Origin: an uncultured delta proteobacterium
Lineage (GTDB): Bacteria > Desulfobacterota > Syntrophorhabdia > Syntrophorhabdales > WCHB1-27
Direction: 5' to 3'
Assembly (NCBI GenBank): GCA_963810935.1
Contig: CAWEPK010000008.1
Span: forward strand, 320,001-384,000
Length of the DNA stretch: 64,000 bases
Below the pieces are notes generated by a model. The model was not told the DNA's origin, did not search any database, and saw nothing but the letters and a program-made list of their open reading frames with translations. Position numbers and translations under genes: made by a program. Below are positions 40,338 through 50,326 of the stretch, piece by piece (within the stretch, counting starts at the first letter, position 1; every line of letters begins with the position of its first letter).

Positions 40338-42630
40338 CTATTCTCCTGTTCTCTGCTTTCACGATCCGCAGGAAATCGCCGGAAAGCCACAGATCCTTGA
40401 TGCGCGCCCCGGCGACAGACCGGTAAAACGCCTTTTCGGGTCCGTCTTTCAGCCCTATCACCTGTTCGTCGAGGCCCTTTTTTCCGACGAGTAGATACCC
40501 GCAATCGGCAAGGCCGTTCATGGGGCCGCTTATTGCCTCCATGACCCTCATGCCGGCCGGCAGCCGGGCGTTTATGCGCTCCGCGAAGCCGGCGTCCGTC
40601 TCCACGCCCTGCGCCCCTTCGGCCTCCATCTCGATCATCTCGCAGGTCGATTCAATGCCGACCGGTAAGGCCGCAGACAGGGAGACACGCGGCTTGGGAT
40701 GGTATTTTCCGTGCATCCTCATACGTATGCCTGCCGAGCGGATAGCCCTCAAAAGTATATCGACGGTGTCCAGGTGGCCGATATACCGCGCCTCGCCGCG
40801 CTTGGCGTACCTGATCGTGACCGTCCTGAAGGCAGGCAACCCGGCGGCCGGGCCGTCTTCCTGCGCAGCTCCTGGCACTGACGCCGCCACGGGTGCAGGA
40901 GCACTCGGGCGGACTTCGGGAATGGAACCGGCCCTCCCGCTTGCACAGCCGATGCCGCAGCCTGCGCACGAAGAATAGCAGCCTGCCGTCTTGCGCCCGG
41001 CCTCGGCAGCGTCCATCTCGGCAAGCAGGAAAGATTTATCGACCCCTGTGGAAATGAAATCCCACGGAAGCCCCTGGTCGGTCTTCCTGGCCCCCAGCAG
41101 GGACGCCTCAAGGCCGTCGCCGGCTGCCAGCCACCCTTCATAAAGGGACGGATTGAAGAACTCCGTCCATGCCTCCAGGCGTACGCCCTTTGCGTGAAGC
41201 TCCTCGAAAAGAGGGGCAAGGCGTTCGTCGCCGCGCGAGATAAGCGCCTCTACCCGCGCCGTCTTCGCGTCCCTGATCGTTATCTTGACGCCCCTGCCGG
41301 CTGCCGCCCTCCTTACTATCTGCGCTTTTTCGCGCAGGGCCTCCTCCGTCTCCATCGTAAGCCATTGGAAGGGCGTGTGCGGCTTGGGCGTAAAGGGCGA
41401 GACGGACAGGTTGACCTCCATGCCGCACTTTACGAAGGGCCTGATAAGGTCGCGCACGGCCAGAAGATCCTCTTCGGCCTCCCAGGGGAAACCGATCATG
41501 AAATAGAGCTTGACCTTCCTCCATCCGAGCCGCCGCAAAAGCGGGAGGCGGGACATCAGCATGTCCGTGTCTATGTCCTTGTTGAGTCTGTCCCGCAGCC
41601 CCACTGTCGACGCTTCGAGGGCGAAGGTGAACCCGCCCCTCGCGCCCTTCGCCAGAAGCTCGATTTCTTCCTCCGCGATGCTGCCTATTTTCAAGGAAGG
41701 AAGCGAGACGGAGACTTTGGGGTGGTTGCTCCTTATATATTCGATCAGGGCGGGGAGCGCGCTGTAGTCGCCCGTGCTTAAGGAAAGCAGGCCGATCTCC
41801 TCGAAGCCCGTCCCAGCGAGCCCCTCTTCTATGATCTCCCCTAACCTGCCCAGCTCTCTCTCCCTGTACGGCCTGTACCCGAACCCTGCGACGCAAAACC
41901 TGCACCCGTTCCCGCAGCCCCGCGATATCTCAATGTTGAGCCGGTTGTGGACGCTACCGACAATAGGGATGGGCGGCCTGACCGGGTGATAAGAGGCGTT
42001 CAGGTCCTCGATATAGAGCCTTTTTACGGGCCGCCTGGCAAGGGGGGAGTAGACGCCGTCCAGCCGGGCGATTTCTGCGACCAGCCGGTCTCTTGGCGAC
42101 CCACGCATGGCCCTGACCGTCCTGACGATCTCAGGAAGCACTTCCTCTGCCTCGCCGACAACGATCAAGTCGAAGAACCGCTCGAAAGGCGCAGGGTTGA
42201 GCATGAGGGGGCCGCCGCCGATGATAAGCGGACCGGTTGCGCGGTCTTCGGCCCTGATCGGTATGCCCGCCAGTGACAGCATATTGAGAAGGTTCGTCAC
42301 GTTTAGCTCGTACGTCATGGAAAACCCTACGATATCCATCCGTGACAAGGGCGTCCGGGATTCGAGCGTGGAAAGCGGCTCGCCCCTCTGCCGCAAGTAC
42401 TCTTCCATATCGCGCCAGGGCGCAAAGCAACGCTCGCACCAGACCCCTTCAAGGTTGTTGAGAAGCTCGTAAAGCAGAAAAAAACCGAGGTAGGACATGC
42501 CGATCTCGTACATGTCGGGGTAGCAAAGGGCAAACCGCACGTCCACGTCACGCAAGTCCTTGACGGACCTGTTGGGCTCGATGCCCAGGTACCGCGCGGG
42601 ACGCTCAATAGTTTTCGGAAAAACCAGCAT
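40300..42630 (-). CDS. Radical SAM protein (TIGR03960-like) fused to a TIGR03936/DUF2344-like domain
   Basis: PD.YEIGMS, RGCGNGCRFC, KLYFMIG, PKPHTPFQW; C-terminal YIGHLD...HPKP..S...ALPVG. Confidence 0.88.
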   Translation of the reverse strand: MLVFPKTIERPARYLGIEPNRSVKDLRDVDVRFALCYPDMYEIGMSYLGFFLLYELLNNLEGVWCERCFAPWRDMEEYLRQRGEPLSTLESRTPLSRMDIVGFSMTYELNVTNLLNMLSLAGIPIRAEDRATGPLIIGGGPLMLNPAPFERFFDLIVVGEAEEVLPEIVRTVRAMRGSPRDRLVAEIARLDGVYSPLARRPVKRLYIEDLNASYHPVRPPIPIVGSVHNRLNIEISRGCGNGCRFCVAGFGYRPYRERELGRLGEIIEEGLAGTGFEEIGLLSLSTGDYSALPALIEYIRSNHPKVSVSLPSLKIGSIAEEEIELLAKGARGGFTFALEASTVGLRDRLNKDIDTDMLMSRLPLLRRLGWRKVKLYFMIGFPWEAEEDLLAVRDLIRPFVKCGMEVNLSVSPFTPKPHTPFQWLTMETEEALREKAQIVRRAAAGRGVKITIRDAKTARVEALISRGDERLAPLFEELHAKGVRLEAWTEFFNPSLYEGWLAAGDGLEASLLGARKTDQGLPWDFISTGVDKSFLLAEMDAAEAGRKTAGCYSSCAGCGIGCASGRAGSIPEVRPSAPAPVAASVPGAAQEDGPAAGLPAFRTVTIRYAKRGEARYIGHLDTVDILLRAIRSAGIRMRMHGKYHPKPRVSLSAALPVGIESTCEMIEMEAEGAQGVETDAGFAERINARLPAGMRVMEAISGPMNGLADCGYLLVGKKGLDEQVIGLKDGPEKAFYRSVAGARIKDLWLSGDFLRIVKAENRRIDGIRAYNKFDLQ

Positions 42631-42708
42631 ACAAACCTCGCTAAGCCTCTCTGTTCATTATTATACATGATCGGGGGGGATTCGTGAAGCTTCGGCCCTG
42701 CATTAAGG

Positions 42709-42836
42709 GGGGCCGGGTTAGTTTCGTGTCCTTCCCGCCATTTTTCTAGGCGCGGCTCCTCACATACACAAAAAGTATGCTGCGTCGCGTGCCGTCGAAA
42801 AACGACAGGAAATCCATCGGAATTTCCTCCGGCCCC
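42709..42836. repeat. Dispersed palindromic element, copy C (~128 bp, inverted relative to A)
   Basis: GGGGCCGG...CCGGCCCC ends; reverse complement shares CGATGGATTT, GTTTTTCGACGGC, GAGGAG.CGCGCC.AGAAAA and GGCGG with copy A. Confidence 0.8.
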
Positions 42837-43120
42837 TTCAAGCGGTTATCGGGCACCGTTCGGGGTTGCTAGCGCCTATCTTATATCCCCCCGGCGCTTG
42901 CTTGTTTCTTGAAATGGAGGGGCTGGATGTTTTTCTTGCCATACAGCACTAGCCGTGGTACTCATTATCAGAGCGGCAGAAGCAGAGAGGACGAACGGAA
43001 GTATTTATTTCCGACGGTTACGATATTTACGGTCGTCCCCCTCACCCTGATCAGGTCAATGGTTCAGGAAGTGAAAGGAGTGAAGAACGTCCGTCAGGCT
43101 CTCCCTAAGGAGAACTTCTC

Positions 43121-45199
43121 ATGAAAATAAAGAAAGTGCATCTAAGGAATTTTCGTAGGCTGGAGGATGTCGAGATTGACTTTGAAAATGAAGAAACTGT
43201 TTTCGTCGGGCCGAATAATAGTGGAAAAACTTCAGCCACTACAGCTTTTCGCCTTTTCTTAATTCGCCAGGAATTTAAAATCTACGACTTTTCCGTCTCA
43301 AAAATTGCAGCCATAAACGCCTTTGGCGCAATGGAAGATGTGGATGAAGGGAGTCTCCCATCAATTGAAATGGATCTTTGGTTTTCAATAAACCCGGACA
43401 TCGAATTTGGGCGGGTCTTTTCTCTTATACCAAATGTCTCGACCAACCTTGAAGAAGTTGGTGTTCGGCTGAAATACTGTGTCAAGGATGCAAGAAAGCT
43501 GAAGTTTGAGTATCTCTCTGCTTTTCCACCCTTGGAAGGTGCAGGGCCGCAGAAGACTCTTTCACACTACCTATCACTTCAAGGGAACTTAAATCGTCAT
43601 TTTGCCCTTGGTTATTCTGCCATAGAGAATACCGAGACTGGGCCGGTAACGCACCCTCTTGATCCTGACGAAGGAAAACGAGTTCTTCTATCCTTGATCC
43701 GCGTCGACTTTGTTGACGCGCAGAGAAACATTGATGACTATGAAGTCGGACGTAGTAACCGTTTATCCACCGCTTTTGCGGCGTTCTACAGGAAGAATCT
43801 TCAACAGGCAGAGATAAGCGAAGCAGCGAACCGCGTAATAGACGAAAACAACGAAAACCTTAATCGACACTACGACGCACACTTCAGGGGCTTAATGGAG
43901 GTCATTCGTAACCTTGGCGTGCCATCTATTAACGACAGACAGATGAGGATCGTGTCATCTTTGAGCCCAGAGGCGGCGCTGCAGGGCAACACATCTCTTC
44001 TCTACATAGACCAAACGCTTAATCATGAACTTCCTGAAGCTTATAACGGCCTTGGGTTCAAGAACCTCGTTTACATGGCAATACAAATCAGCCACTTTCA
44101 CCTGCAATGGATGAATACAGAAGCAAAGCGTCCTCTTTGCCAAATCATCTTTATCGAAGAACCAGAAGTGCACCTGCACGCTCAGGTTCAACAAACATTT
44201 GTTTCGAACATTTGGGGGATTATCCGGAAGGCATCTGAAGAAGCCGGCGAAATCAATATGGTGCCTCAACTTTGCATCACTACGCATTCATCACACATCA
44301 TAGATGCGATTGAGTTCAGAAAGGTTCGTTATTTTCGACGTTGCACATTGAACGGAGAAGACCCCGATACAGCCGTTATTTTTAATGCATCAAAGGTTCT
44401 TAGCTTACGGGACTTCAAGCCCCACAAATCTTCTGCAGATGGTGCTGTTGAGGACGAGAAGGAAACTCTAGATTTTCTTAAACGTTATCTTAAGTTAACC
44501 CACTGCGATCTATTCTTTGCGGACGCGGCAGTACTGGTCGAGGGTACCGTGGAGAAACTCCTTCTACCACAGATGATTGACAAATCTGCACGAGGCCTAA
44601 AACGCAACTACCTGACAGTACTGGAGGTGGGTGGGGCTTATGCGCACCGTTTTGCGAGCCTCTTAGAGTTTTTAGGTATTCCTTATCTCGTTGTAACGGA
44701 CCTGGATTCAGTTGATCCATTAAACAAGCGAAAAGTTTGCAGGGCTGACATGGAAGGAGCGGTAACTTCAAACGCATCCCTTAGATTCTTCCTAAACAAA
44801 TCCAAGGTGAGTGAACTATCAAACCTGAAAGCGGAGGAGCAAGTCCTGGCAGATGATAGCTGCTTCGTTGTATTCCAAAAACCAACTCCCGTCGCGGGGC
44901 ACAACCCTGATACACCAATGCTAGGACGTACGTTCGAGGAAACGTTTACATATCAGAACATGCAGATCTTCCGTGACAACAAAATCGATTTGGGAACTGA
45001 CCTTCCTGCCGATCAGGATTTTGAAAAAGAGTATACGGCCGTCTTTGAAGCAACGAAATCCTCGTCATTCAAGAAGGCTGAGTTCGCGCTTGATATAGCT
45101 TCATTAACAACGGACTGGGTGACACCTCAGTATATTTCTGACGGGTTGCGTTGGCTTGAAGACAAGACGTGCGCAAGAACAGACGCGGAGACTATCTGA
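43121..45199 (+). CDS. gajA: OLD-family ATP-dependent nuclease (ABC ATPase + TOPRIM), Gabija GajA-like
   Basis: NFRRL, VGPNNSGKT (Walker A), IEEPEVHLH, TTHSSH, LVEGTVE and TDLDS TOPRIM motifs; AT-richer than host genes. Confidence 0.85.
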   Translation: MKIKKVHLRNFRRLEDVEIDFENEETVFVGPNNSGKTSATTAFRLFLIRQEFKIYDFSVSKIAAINAFGAMEDVDEGSLPSIEMDLWFSINPDIEFGRVFSLIPNVSTNLEEVGVRLKYCVKDARKLKFEYLSAFPPLEGAGPQKTLSHYLSLQGNLNRHFALGYSAIENTETGPVTHPLDPDEGKRVLLSLIRVDFVDAQRNIDDYEVGRSNRLSTAFAAFYRKNLQQAEISEAANRVIDENNENLNRHYDAHFRGLMEVIRNLGVPSINDRQMRIVSSLSPEAALQGNTSLLYIDQTLNHELPEAYNGLGFKNLVYMAIQISHFHLQWMNTEAKRPLCQIIFIEEPEVHLHAQVQQTFVSNIWGIIRKASEEAGEINMVPQLCITTHSSHIIDAIEFRKVRYFRRCTLNGEDPDTAVIFNASKVLSLRDFKPHKSSADGAVEDEKETLDFLKRYLKLTHCDLFFADAAVLVEGTVEKLLLPQMIDKSARGLKRNYLTVLEVGGAYAHRFASLLEFLGIPYLVVTDLDSVDPLNKRKVCRADMEGAVTSNASLRFFLNKSKVSELSNLKAEEQVLADDSCFVVFQKPTPVAGHNPDTPMLGRTFEETFTYQNMQIFRDNKIDLGTDLPADQDFEKEYTAVFEATKSSSFKKAEFALDIASLTTDWVTPQYISDGLRWLEDKTCARTDAETI

Positions 45200-47049
45200 T
45201 GGGTGTCAAGATGCAAGGGCTACGGGAAACAAAGGCCGACAAGGATATCATGATTTGTCTGGACGAGCGGCAGAATTTTTCAATGATTGCTGGAGCAGGC
45301 TCGGGAAAAACCACTTCTTTGATAAACGCGCTTAAGCACCTAAGAGAAACAGATGGTTCGCGCCTTCGTCGTGACGACAAAATGATTGCCTGCATTACAT
45401 ATACCAACCGAGCAGTGGAAGTTATTTCCGACCGCTTGGATTGGGACGAATTGTTTTGTGTCTCGACGCTCCACAGCTTCCTATGGGGAGAAGTGAAAAA
45501 GTTTACACCAAATATTCGAGACGCTCTCCGTCAATGTGTAATACCAGGGCATATTGCGAAGAAACAACAGGATGACAACGGTGGTCAAAGTAAAAAGGCC
45601 GTTGCTGCCAGAGAAAGGATCGCATCATTACAGAACGATCTGGATAGATTGGATGCCGTGAACCGGTTTGAGTATAACGACACAAATTTCAGTAACTACC
45701 CCCAAGGCCAGCTGAATCACGATGACGTTATTGATGTAGCTGCTTTCCTGCTATCAGAGAATGAAATTCTTCGCCGGATCGTTGGTCAGAAGTATCCATA
45801 TATCTTTGTCGATGAAGCGCAAGATACGTTTCAAAACGTGGTAGAGGCACTTAACAAGCTTTGCAGCAACGATGGATTGCCTATTGTCGGATACTTCGGC
45901 GACCCAATGCAGCAAATATACGATCAGCGCGCAGGTGACTTTGCTGGCCCCGCTAATTCCGTAAGGATCACAAAACAAGAGAATTTTCGATGCTCACGCA
46001 AAGTGATCGACTTGTTGAACGCATTTAGACAAGATATCCAGCAGTTTCCGGCAGGAACAAACGCTGATATTGAAGGGACCGTTCTTGTTAGGTTAGTAAG
46101 GGCTGAAGCACCTGAAGGCGAACGGAGACGATATACCGAGGATCAAATTACACGTGCATCCGGACGTTTTGAAGAAGCACTTAAAACCTGGGGCTGGGAC
46201 CAGCGTGCGGATATAAAGCATCTTTTCCTTGTTCGTCAAATGATTGCCCGGCGGCTCGGGTTTCCTGAACTACAAAAACTTTTCACGGGCCTGTTCTCTT
46301 CTACAACAGCCCAAGAAGATTACGAAAAAGGCGATCATTTTCTTTTGAAACCTTTTGTAAGTGTGATCTGCCCCCTAGTGCAGGCCCAAAAGGATGGGGA
46401 TCAACGTCGACTAATAGACATCCTAAGAAGGTCAAGCCCTGCATTCGATCCAAAGGGCGTTAACGCTGACCGAACTTTGGGGGAAATGATAAAGCAGTCA
46501 AATGAGATTACGCAAAAGCTTTCCGATCTGTGGGGCAAAGGCACATTAGGTGATATTCTAAAGTTTTGTCGCAAAAACAACTTGTGTAAGATTTCTGATG
46601 GACTATCAGAGCACTTGGATCGTCCCCAAAGAGCGGAGGAATATGACGCAGATCTATATTCGAGTGACAAAGGTGATTGGTTGGCAGACGTCTTCTTGAA
46701 GATGTTCACCAGCGAAATAGAACCTTTTGTTGAATTCATAAATGAAAATACGCCGTTGAGTACGCAACACGGCGTAAAGGGCGAACAATATGAGGATGTT
46801 CTCGTTGTATTCGACGATACCGAAGCCGCTTGGAATAATTACAGCTTCACTAAAACGCTGACGCCTAGAACGTCGGGTGACCCGACCGAGGGCCAGTACG
46901 GCAGGAGCAGAAAACTGGCTTATGTTTGCTTCTCTAGGGCTAAGGAGAATTTAAGGATTCTATTGTTTACCCCCAATCCTGAAGCAGCAAAGGAAGAGCT
47001 AATCTGCAACAAGCTGTTTGAAGAAGACCAGATTTCTATTGCAGGTTAA
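45199..47049 (+). CDS. gajB: UvrD-family (SF1) helicase, Gabija GajB-like
   Basis: AGAGSGKTT, TYTNRA, STLHSF, DEAQD, GDPMQQIY, NFRCS, HGVKGEQY, YVCFSRAK; TGATG coupling to the upstream gene. Confidence 0.85.
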   Translation: MGVKMQGLRETKADKDIMICLDERQNFSMIAGAGSGKTTSLINALKHLRETDGSRLRRDDKMIACITYTNRAVEVISDRLDWDELFCVSTLHSFLWGEVKKFTPNIRDALRQCVIPGHIAKKQQDDNGGQSKKAVAARERIASLQNDLDRLDAVNRFEYNDTNFSNYPQGQLNHDDVIDVAAFLLSENEILRRIVGQKYPYIFVDEAQDTFQNVVEALNKLCSNDGLPIVGYFGDPMQQIYDQRAGDFAGPANSVRITKQENFRCSRKVIDLLNAFRQDIQQFPAGTNADIEGTVLVRLVRAEAPEGERRRYTEDQITRASGRFEEALKTWGWDQRADIKHLFLVRQMIARRLGFPELQKLFTGLFSSTTAQEDYEKGDHFLLKPFVSVICPLVQAQKDGDQRRLIDILRRSSPAFDPKGVNADRTLGEMIKQSNEITQKLSDLWGKGTLGDILKFCRKNNLCKISDGLSEHLDRPQRAEEYDADLYSSDKGDWLADVFLKMFTSEIEPFVEFINENTPLSTQHGVKGEQYEDVLVVFDDTEAAWNNYSFTKTLTPRTSGDPTEGQYGRSRKLAYVCFSRAKENLRILLFTPNPEAAKEELICNKLFEEDQISIAG

Positions 47050-47469
47050 GAGCAACAGCTACGAATACATTTCCGGACGACTGAACGAACTAAGTTACTC
47101 CGGCCGACAGGCAAACATTGGGCCGATATCCGCTGAGGTTCTCGGCTAGGTTAATCCTGCTACATGCCGCTCGCTTTCAAACTATATCCTTGGCTTTAAT
47201 AGCCCTAATGGATTCACGGGTAGCAGGTGAAGTCCGTTTTTTTTACCTCGCAGCATATGGGCACCGACCCAAGCGTCATCCTAATCGGGCTATCGATAAT
47301 CCCCATAGGTAGTCGCCTACCCCGTCCCCGCTTCGCCGTCTCTCCCCCCTCCCCCTGACATTTTTGTCTCTCAAATAGCTGCCGGGTTCGACACTTTTGT
47401 GCACATTATGGCGGCGCGTCTGCGCCTGATATGTCTGTATGTCTCCGGTCCGGCAGGGCTTTTCGAGCC

Positions 47470-47485
47470 GGGCACGCATGTTGCT
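47470..47485 (+). promoter_or_regulatory. Putative sigma54 promoter
   Basis: GGGCAC-GCATG-TTGCT (GG-N10-GC); upstream palindrome GACATTTTTGTC near 47357-47368. Confidence 0.55.
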
Positions 47486-47564
47486 TTATTTGAGACGTGA
47501 AACGGACGGTATACAAAGCCGTCTGGCGACTATGAAGGGCAACGGCGTAGAAGGAGGTATTTAG

Positions 47565-48248
47565 ATGCGAAATGTTTTGGCAGTTTTTTTGATTACCGTG
47601 TTGTTTGCGGGCACGGCATCGGCGGCGGGGATGTTCGGGCCGCCTGAGCCTTTGGCGGACCCGGGCAAGTTCTCGCTCGACGCGGGCTATATGCTCGACA
47701 AAACCAAAATGAAGCAGGGCGACGACCGGATAGGAACGCGGTCGAATGAGTATTACCTTCAGGGGAATTACTCCTTTCTGAAGGATTGGGAGGTTTACGG
47801 CAGGCTCGGCGGGGCCGACATGGTGGCCCACAGCTACGACACCCAGCAGCGGTTCGGGGCAAGCCCGAACATATTCGGTTCGCTCGGCTTCAAAGGCGTG
47901 GCGTACCGCAACGGTAATTTCGCCTTCGGGCCTTTCGCCGAGGGTACGATGTACGGCAATTACAGCGGAGTGGCCCGGAACCAGTGGGAGACGGACGTAG
48001 GCGTCTCCGCCCAGTACAAGATAAAGGCGGTCACGATCTACGGCGGTCCCTTCGGTTACTGGCGGCAGGCTGACAGCCAGCTCGCGCTCAACCCGCCGAT
48101 ATCGCAGGATGACATGAAAGAGAGAAGCAACATAGGCGGCTTCCTGGGTATGCGGTTCCCCATCGTGCAGCAGAAAGTATTTTTGACGGCTGAGGCACAG
48201 ATGAGGGACAGGCCCGGCATAGGCGCGTCACTGAGCTACAAGTTTTAA
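47565..48248 (+). CDS. Putative outer-membrane beta-barrel protein
   Basis: Signal peptide (ASA), amphipathic strands, C-terminal SLSYKF; AGGAGG RBS. Confidence 0.75.
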   Translation: MRNVLAVFLITVLFAGTASAAGMFGPPEPLADPGKFSLDAGYMLDKTKMKQGDDRIGTRSNEYYLQGNYSFLKDWEVYGRLGGADMVAHSYDTQQRFGASPNIFGSLGFKGVAYRNGNFAFGPFAEGTMYGNYSGVARNQWETDVGVSAQYKIKAVTIYGGPFGYWRQADSQLALNPPISQDDMKERSNIGGFLGMRFPIVQQKVFLTAEAQMRDRPGIGASLSYKF

Positions 48249-48275
48249 CGTTGTTGACTTCATAGTCGCATAAGG

Positions 48276-48298
48276 GGGCCGCGATCTTTTCGCGGCCC
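48276..48298 (+). terminator. Hairpin, probable terminator
   Basis: GGGCCGCGA-TCTTT-TCGCGGCCC after the stop codon; weak U-tract. Confidence 0.45.
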
Positions 48299-48344
48299 TT
48301 GCTTACCTTGATAATATTCGGTCCCCTGTGCTATCTTAACCCTA

Positions 48345-48422
48345 CGGGGCGTGGCGCAGCATGGCTAGCGCGCTTGCCTTGGGAGCAAGAGGTCCGGGGT
48401 TCAAATCCCCGCGTCCCGACCA
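48345..48422 (+). tRNA. tRNA-Pro(TGG)
   Basis: Full cloverleaf: acceptor CGGGGCG/CGTCCCG, anticodon arm CTTGC-CT-TGG-GA-GCAAG, T-loop TTCAAAT, encoded CCA. Confidence 0.96.
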
Positions 48423-48478
48423 TAAGTCCGTCCGGCACCCGTATAAACTAAAACCGGCAAGAAGAAACGAGAAATCCT

Positions 48479-49657
48479 ATGAAGTCCCGCTCTATCCTTA
48501 CACTGTCCGCCGCCCACGCGATAACGGACATCAACCAGGGTGCAATCCCAGTCCTGCTGCCTTTCCTTATAAGCGCCTACGGGCTTACTTACGCGGGCGC
48601 GGCCGCCATCGTTTTCGCCACGAATATATCCTCTTCCCTGGTCCAGCCGCTCTTCGGCCATTTCGCCGACAGATACCCCAACCGGTGGCTTATGCCCGCC
48701 GGTATTCTTTTCGCAGGTCTCGGCCTGGCCCTTGCGGGCGCCGTCCCCACCTACCATCTGGTGCTGGCCGTCGTTGCCGTCAGCGGCATCGGCATCGCCG
48801 CCTTCCATCCCGAGGGCGCCCGTCTCGTAAACGATCTTTCGGGCGCCAGGAAGGCGACCGCCATGAGCCTCTTTGCCGTAGGCGGGCAGGTCGGCTTCGC
48901 CATAGGGCCCCTTATGACAACCTTCGTTGTCGCCTCTTTCGGCCTGACCGGCACGCTCCTTTTATCCGTCCTTCCGATCTGCGCTGCCATTGCCATCGCC
49001 GGCTCGCGCAGCTCCCTCTTCTCCGTTGAACAAACCGGGAAGACCGCCTCGAAGCCTGCACCCGGCACGGTCGATGCAGTCGATGCGTGGAAGCCTTTCA
49101 CCATCCTGACGGGGGCCGTTTTCTTCCGGTCATTCGCCTTTTACGGGCTGAATACCTTCCTCCCCCTTTACTTCATCGACGTCCTGCACAAATCGAAAAT
49201 GACGGGAGGCGCGGCCATGACGGTATTCCTGGCGGCAGGCGCTTGCGGCACGCTCGCCGGCGGGCGGCTGGGAGACAGGTACGGCTACCGCCCGGTGGCG
49301 CTCTTCGCCTTCTGCTGGGCCGCCGCCCTCTTGCCGGTATTCATTCTCATGAGCCAGGCGTGGGCCGCCATGCTTATCCTGATCCCTCTGGGCTTTGCCC
49401 ATTTTATGTCGATGAGCCCCCTCGTCGTCCTGGGCCAGAAGTTCCTGCCGACGCGCGTTGGCCTCGCCTCCGGCGTTACGCTGGGACTTTCCGTTTCCAT
49501 GGGAGGCATCGCTGCGCCTCTTGTCGGCCGCATTGCCGACGTCTACGGGATGCCCCAGGCCTTCATGGCCATGACACTCTTTCCCGTGATTGCCGGTTGC
49601 CTCGTCCTCGCAATGCCCGGCGCTCATCCGGCCACCCGCCCGTCCCTCGCGCAATAG
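48479..49657 (+). CDS. MFS transporter (Fsr/fosmidomycin-resistance-like)
   Basis: 12 TM pattern, H...D, QPLFG..AD, AFHPEG, GG.LGDRYG. Confidence 0.88.
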   Translation: MKSRSILTLSAAHAITDINQGAIPVLLPFLISAYGLTYAGAAAIVFATNISSSLVQPLFGHFADRYPNRWLMPAGILFAGLGLALAGAVPTYHLVLAVVAVSGIGIAAFHPEGARLVNDLSGARKATAMSLFAVGGQVGFAIGPLMTTFVVASFGLTGTLLLSVLPICAAIAIAGSRSSLFSVEQTGKTASKPAPGTVDAVDAWKPFTILTGAVFFRSFAFYGLNTFLPLYFIDVLHKSKMTGGAAMTVFLAAGACGTLAGGRLGDRYGYRPVALFAFCWAAALLPVFILMSQAWAAMLILIPLGFAHFMSMSPLVVLGQKFLPTRVGLASGVTLGLSVSMGGIAAPLVGRIADVYGMPQAFMAMTLFPVIAGCLVLAMPGAHPATRPSLAQ

Positions 49658-49722
49658 CCGCCCTCGGGCACGCTCATGGGCCGTCCACCCTGAATAAACT
49701 TGTCGCTTCTGAAGTCTCATTT

Positions 49723-49826
49723 TCGACATTAATGTCGACCAACGTCGCAGCCAAAGGACAGCCAGCAGACTATTCATAACAATTACAGTAACTTATTAAG
49801 ATCGCCGATATGGCATTTTCTATGCA
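49723..49826 (+). promoter_or_regulatory. Putative sigma54 promoter with upstream palindromic enhancer
   Basis: TGGCAT-TTTCT-ATGCA at 49811-49826; perfect 16-bp palindrome TCGACATTAATGTCGA at 49723-49738; AT-rich spacer. Confidence 0.55.
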
Positions 49827-49882
49827 GTAACGGATATTGGCCGGTGCAGGGACCGGGATAGAAGGCTCAAAGGAGGCGCAAC

Positions 49883-50203
49883 ATGAGGTTATCGGCAATG
49901 GCAGTAATCGCAGGCATCATCGTCGCAGCGTCGGTATTGCCGCAGGCGGCATCGGCCGCACCTGTTTCCATCGGGGTCGGAATAGGCGTGCCGGGACCCA
50001 TGGTAGGCTACCCTCCACCCGCGTACTACGCGCCCGGCTACTACTATCCGCCTACCGTATACGGGCCGGGGGTTGTCGTAGCTCCGGGATACGGCTGGTA
50101 CGGCCGGGGACGCGGGTATTACGGCGGCCCGTACTATCGCGGATATCGCGGCTATGCCGGCTATGGCGGCTATCACGGCTATTATCACGGCCGCAGGCGG
50201 TAG
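49883..50203 (+). CDS. Small secreted Gly/Tyr/Pro-rich protein
   Basis: AGGAGG RBS, signal peptide (ASA), VSIGVGIG followed by low-complexity PPPAYY/GYYGG repeats. Confidence 0.75.
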   Translation: MRLSAMAVIAGIIVAASVLPQAASAAPVSIGVGIGVPGPMVGYPPPAYYAPGYYYPPTVYGPGVVVAPGYGWYGRGRGYYGGPYYRGYRGYAGYGGYHGYYHGRRR

Positions 50204-50326
50204 CGTAACCCGCTTGAGACGGCGCCCGCAAAAGGGTATACTGTCGGCCACACGGACCGCAAAAAAGCGAGATGGTACGCGAGCTTACGACATAAAACCG
50301 GGCGGTCCGGGAGAGGAGAAACAGGC

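Noticed and set aside
42909..43124. 71 aa ORF upstream and 64 aa ORF (47118..47312) downstream of the Gabija-like pair as extra system components
   Set aside because: TTG starts, no clear RBS or motifs; cannot be supported as genes
43121..48422. tRNA-Pro as the attachment site of the Gabija-like block
   Set aside because: No duplicated tRNA end was noticed, there is no integrase, and a host-like gene lies between them
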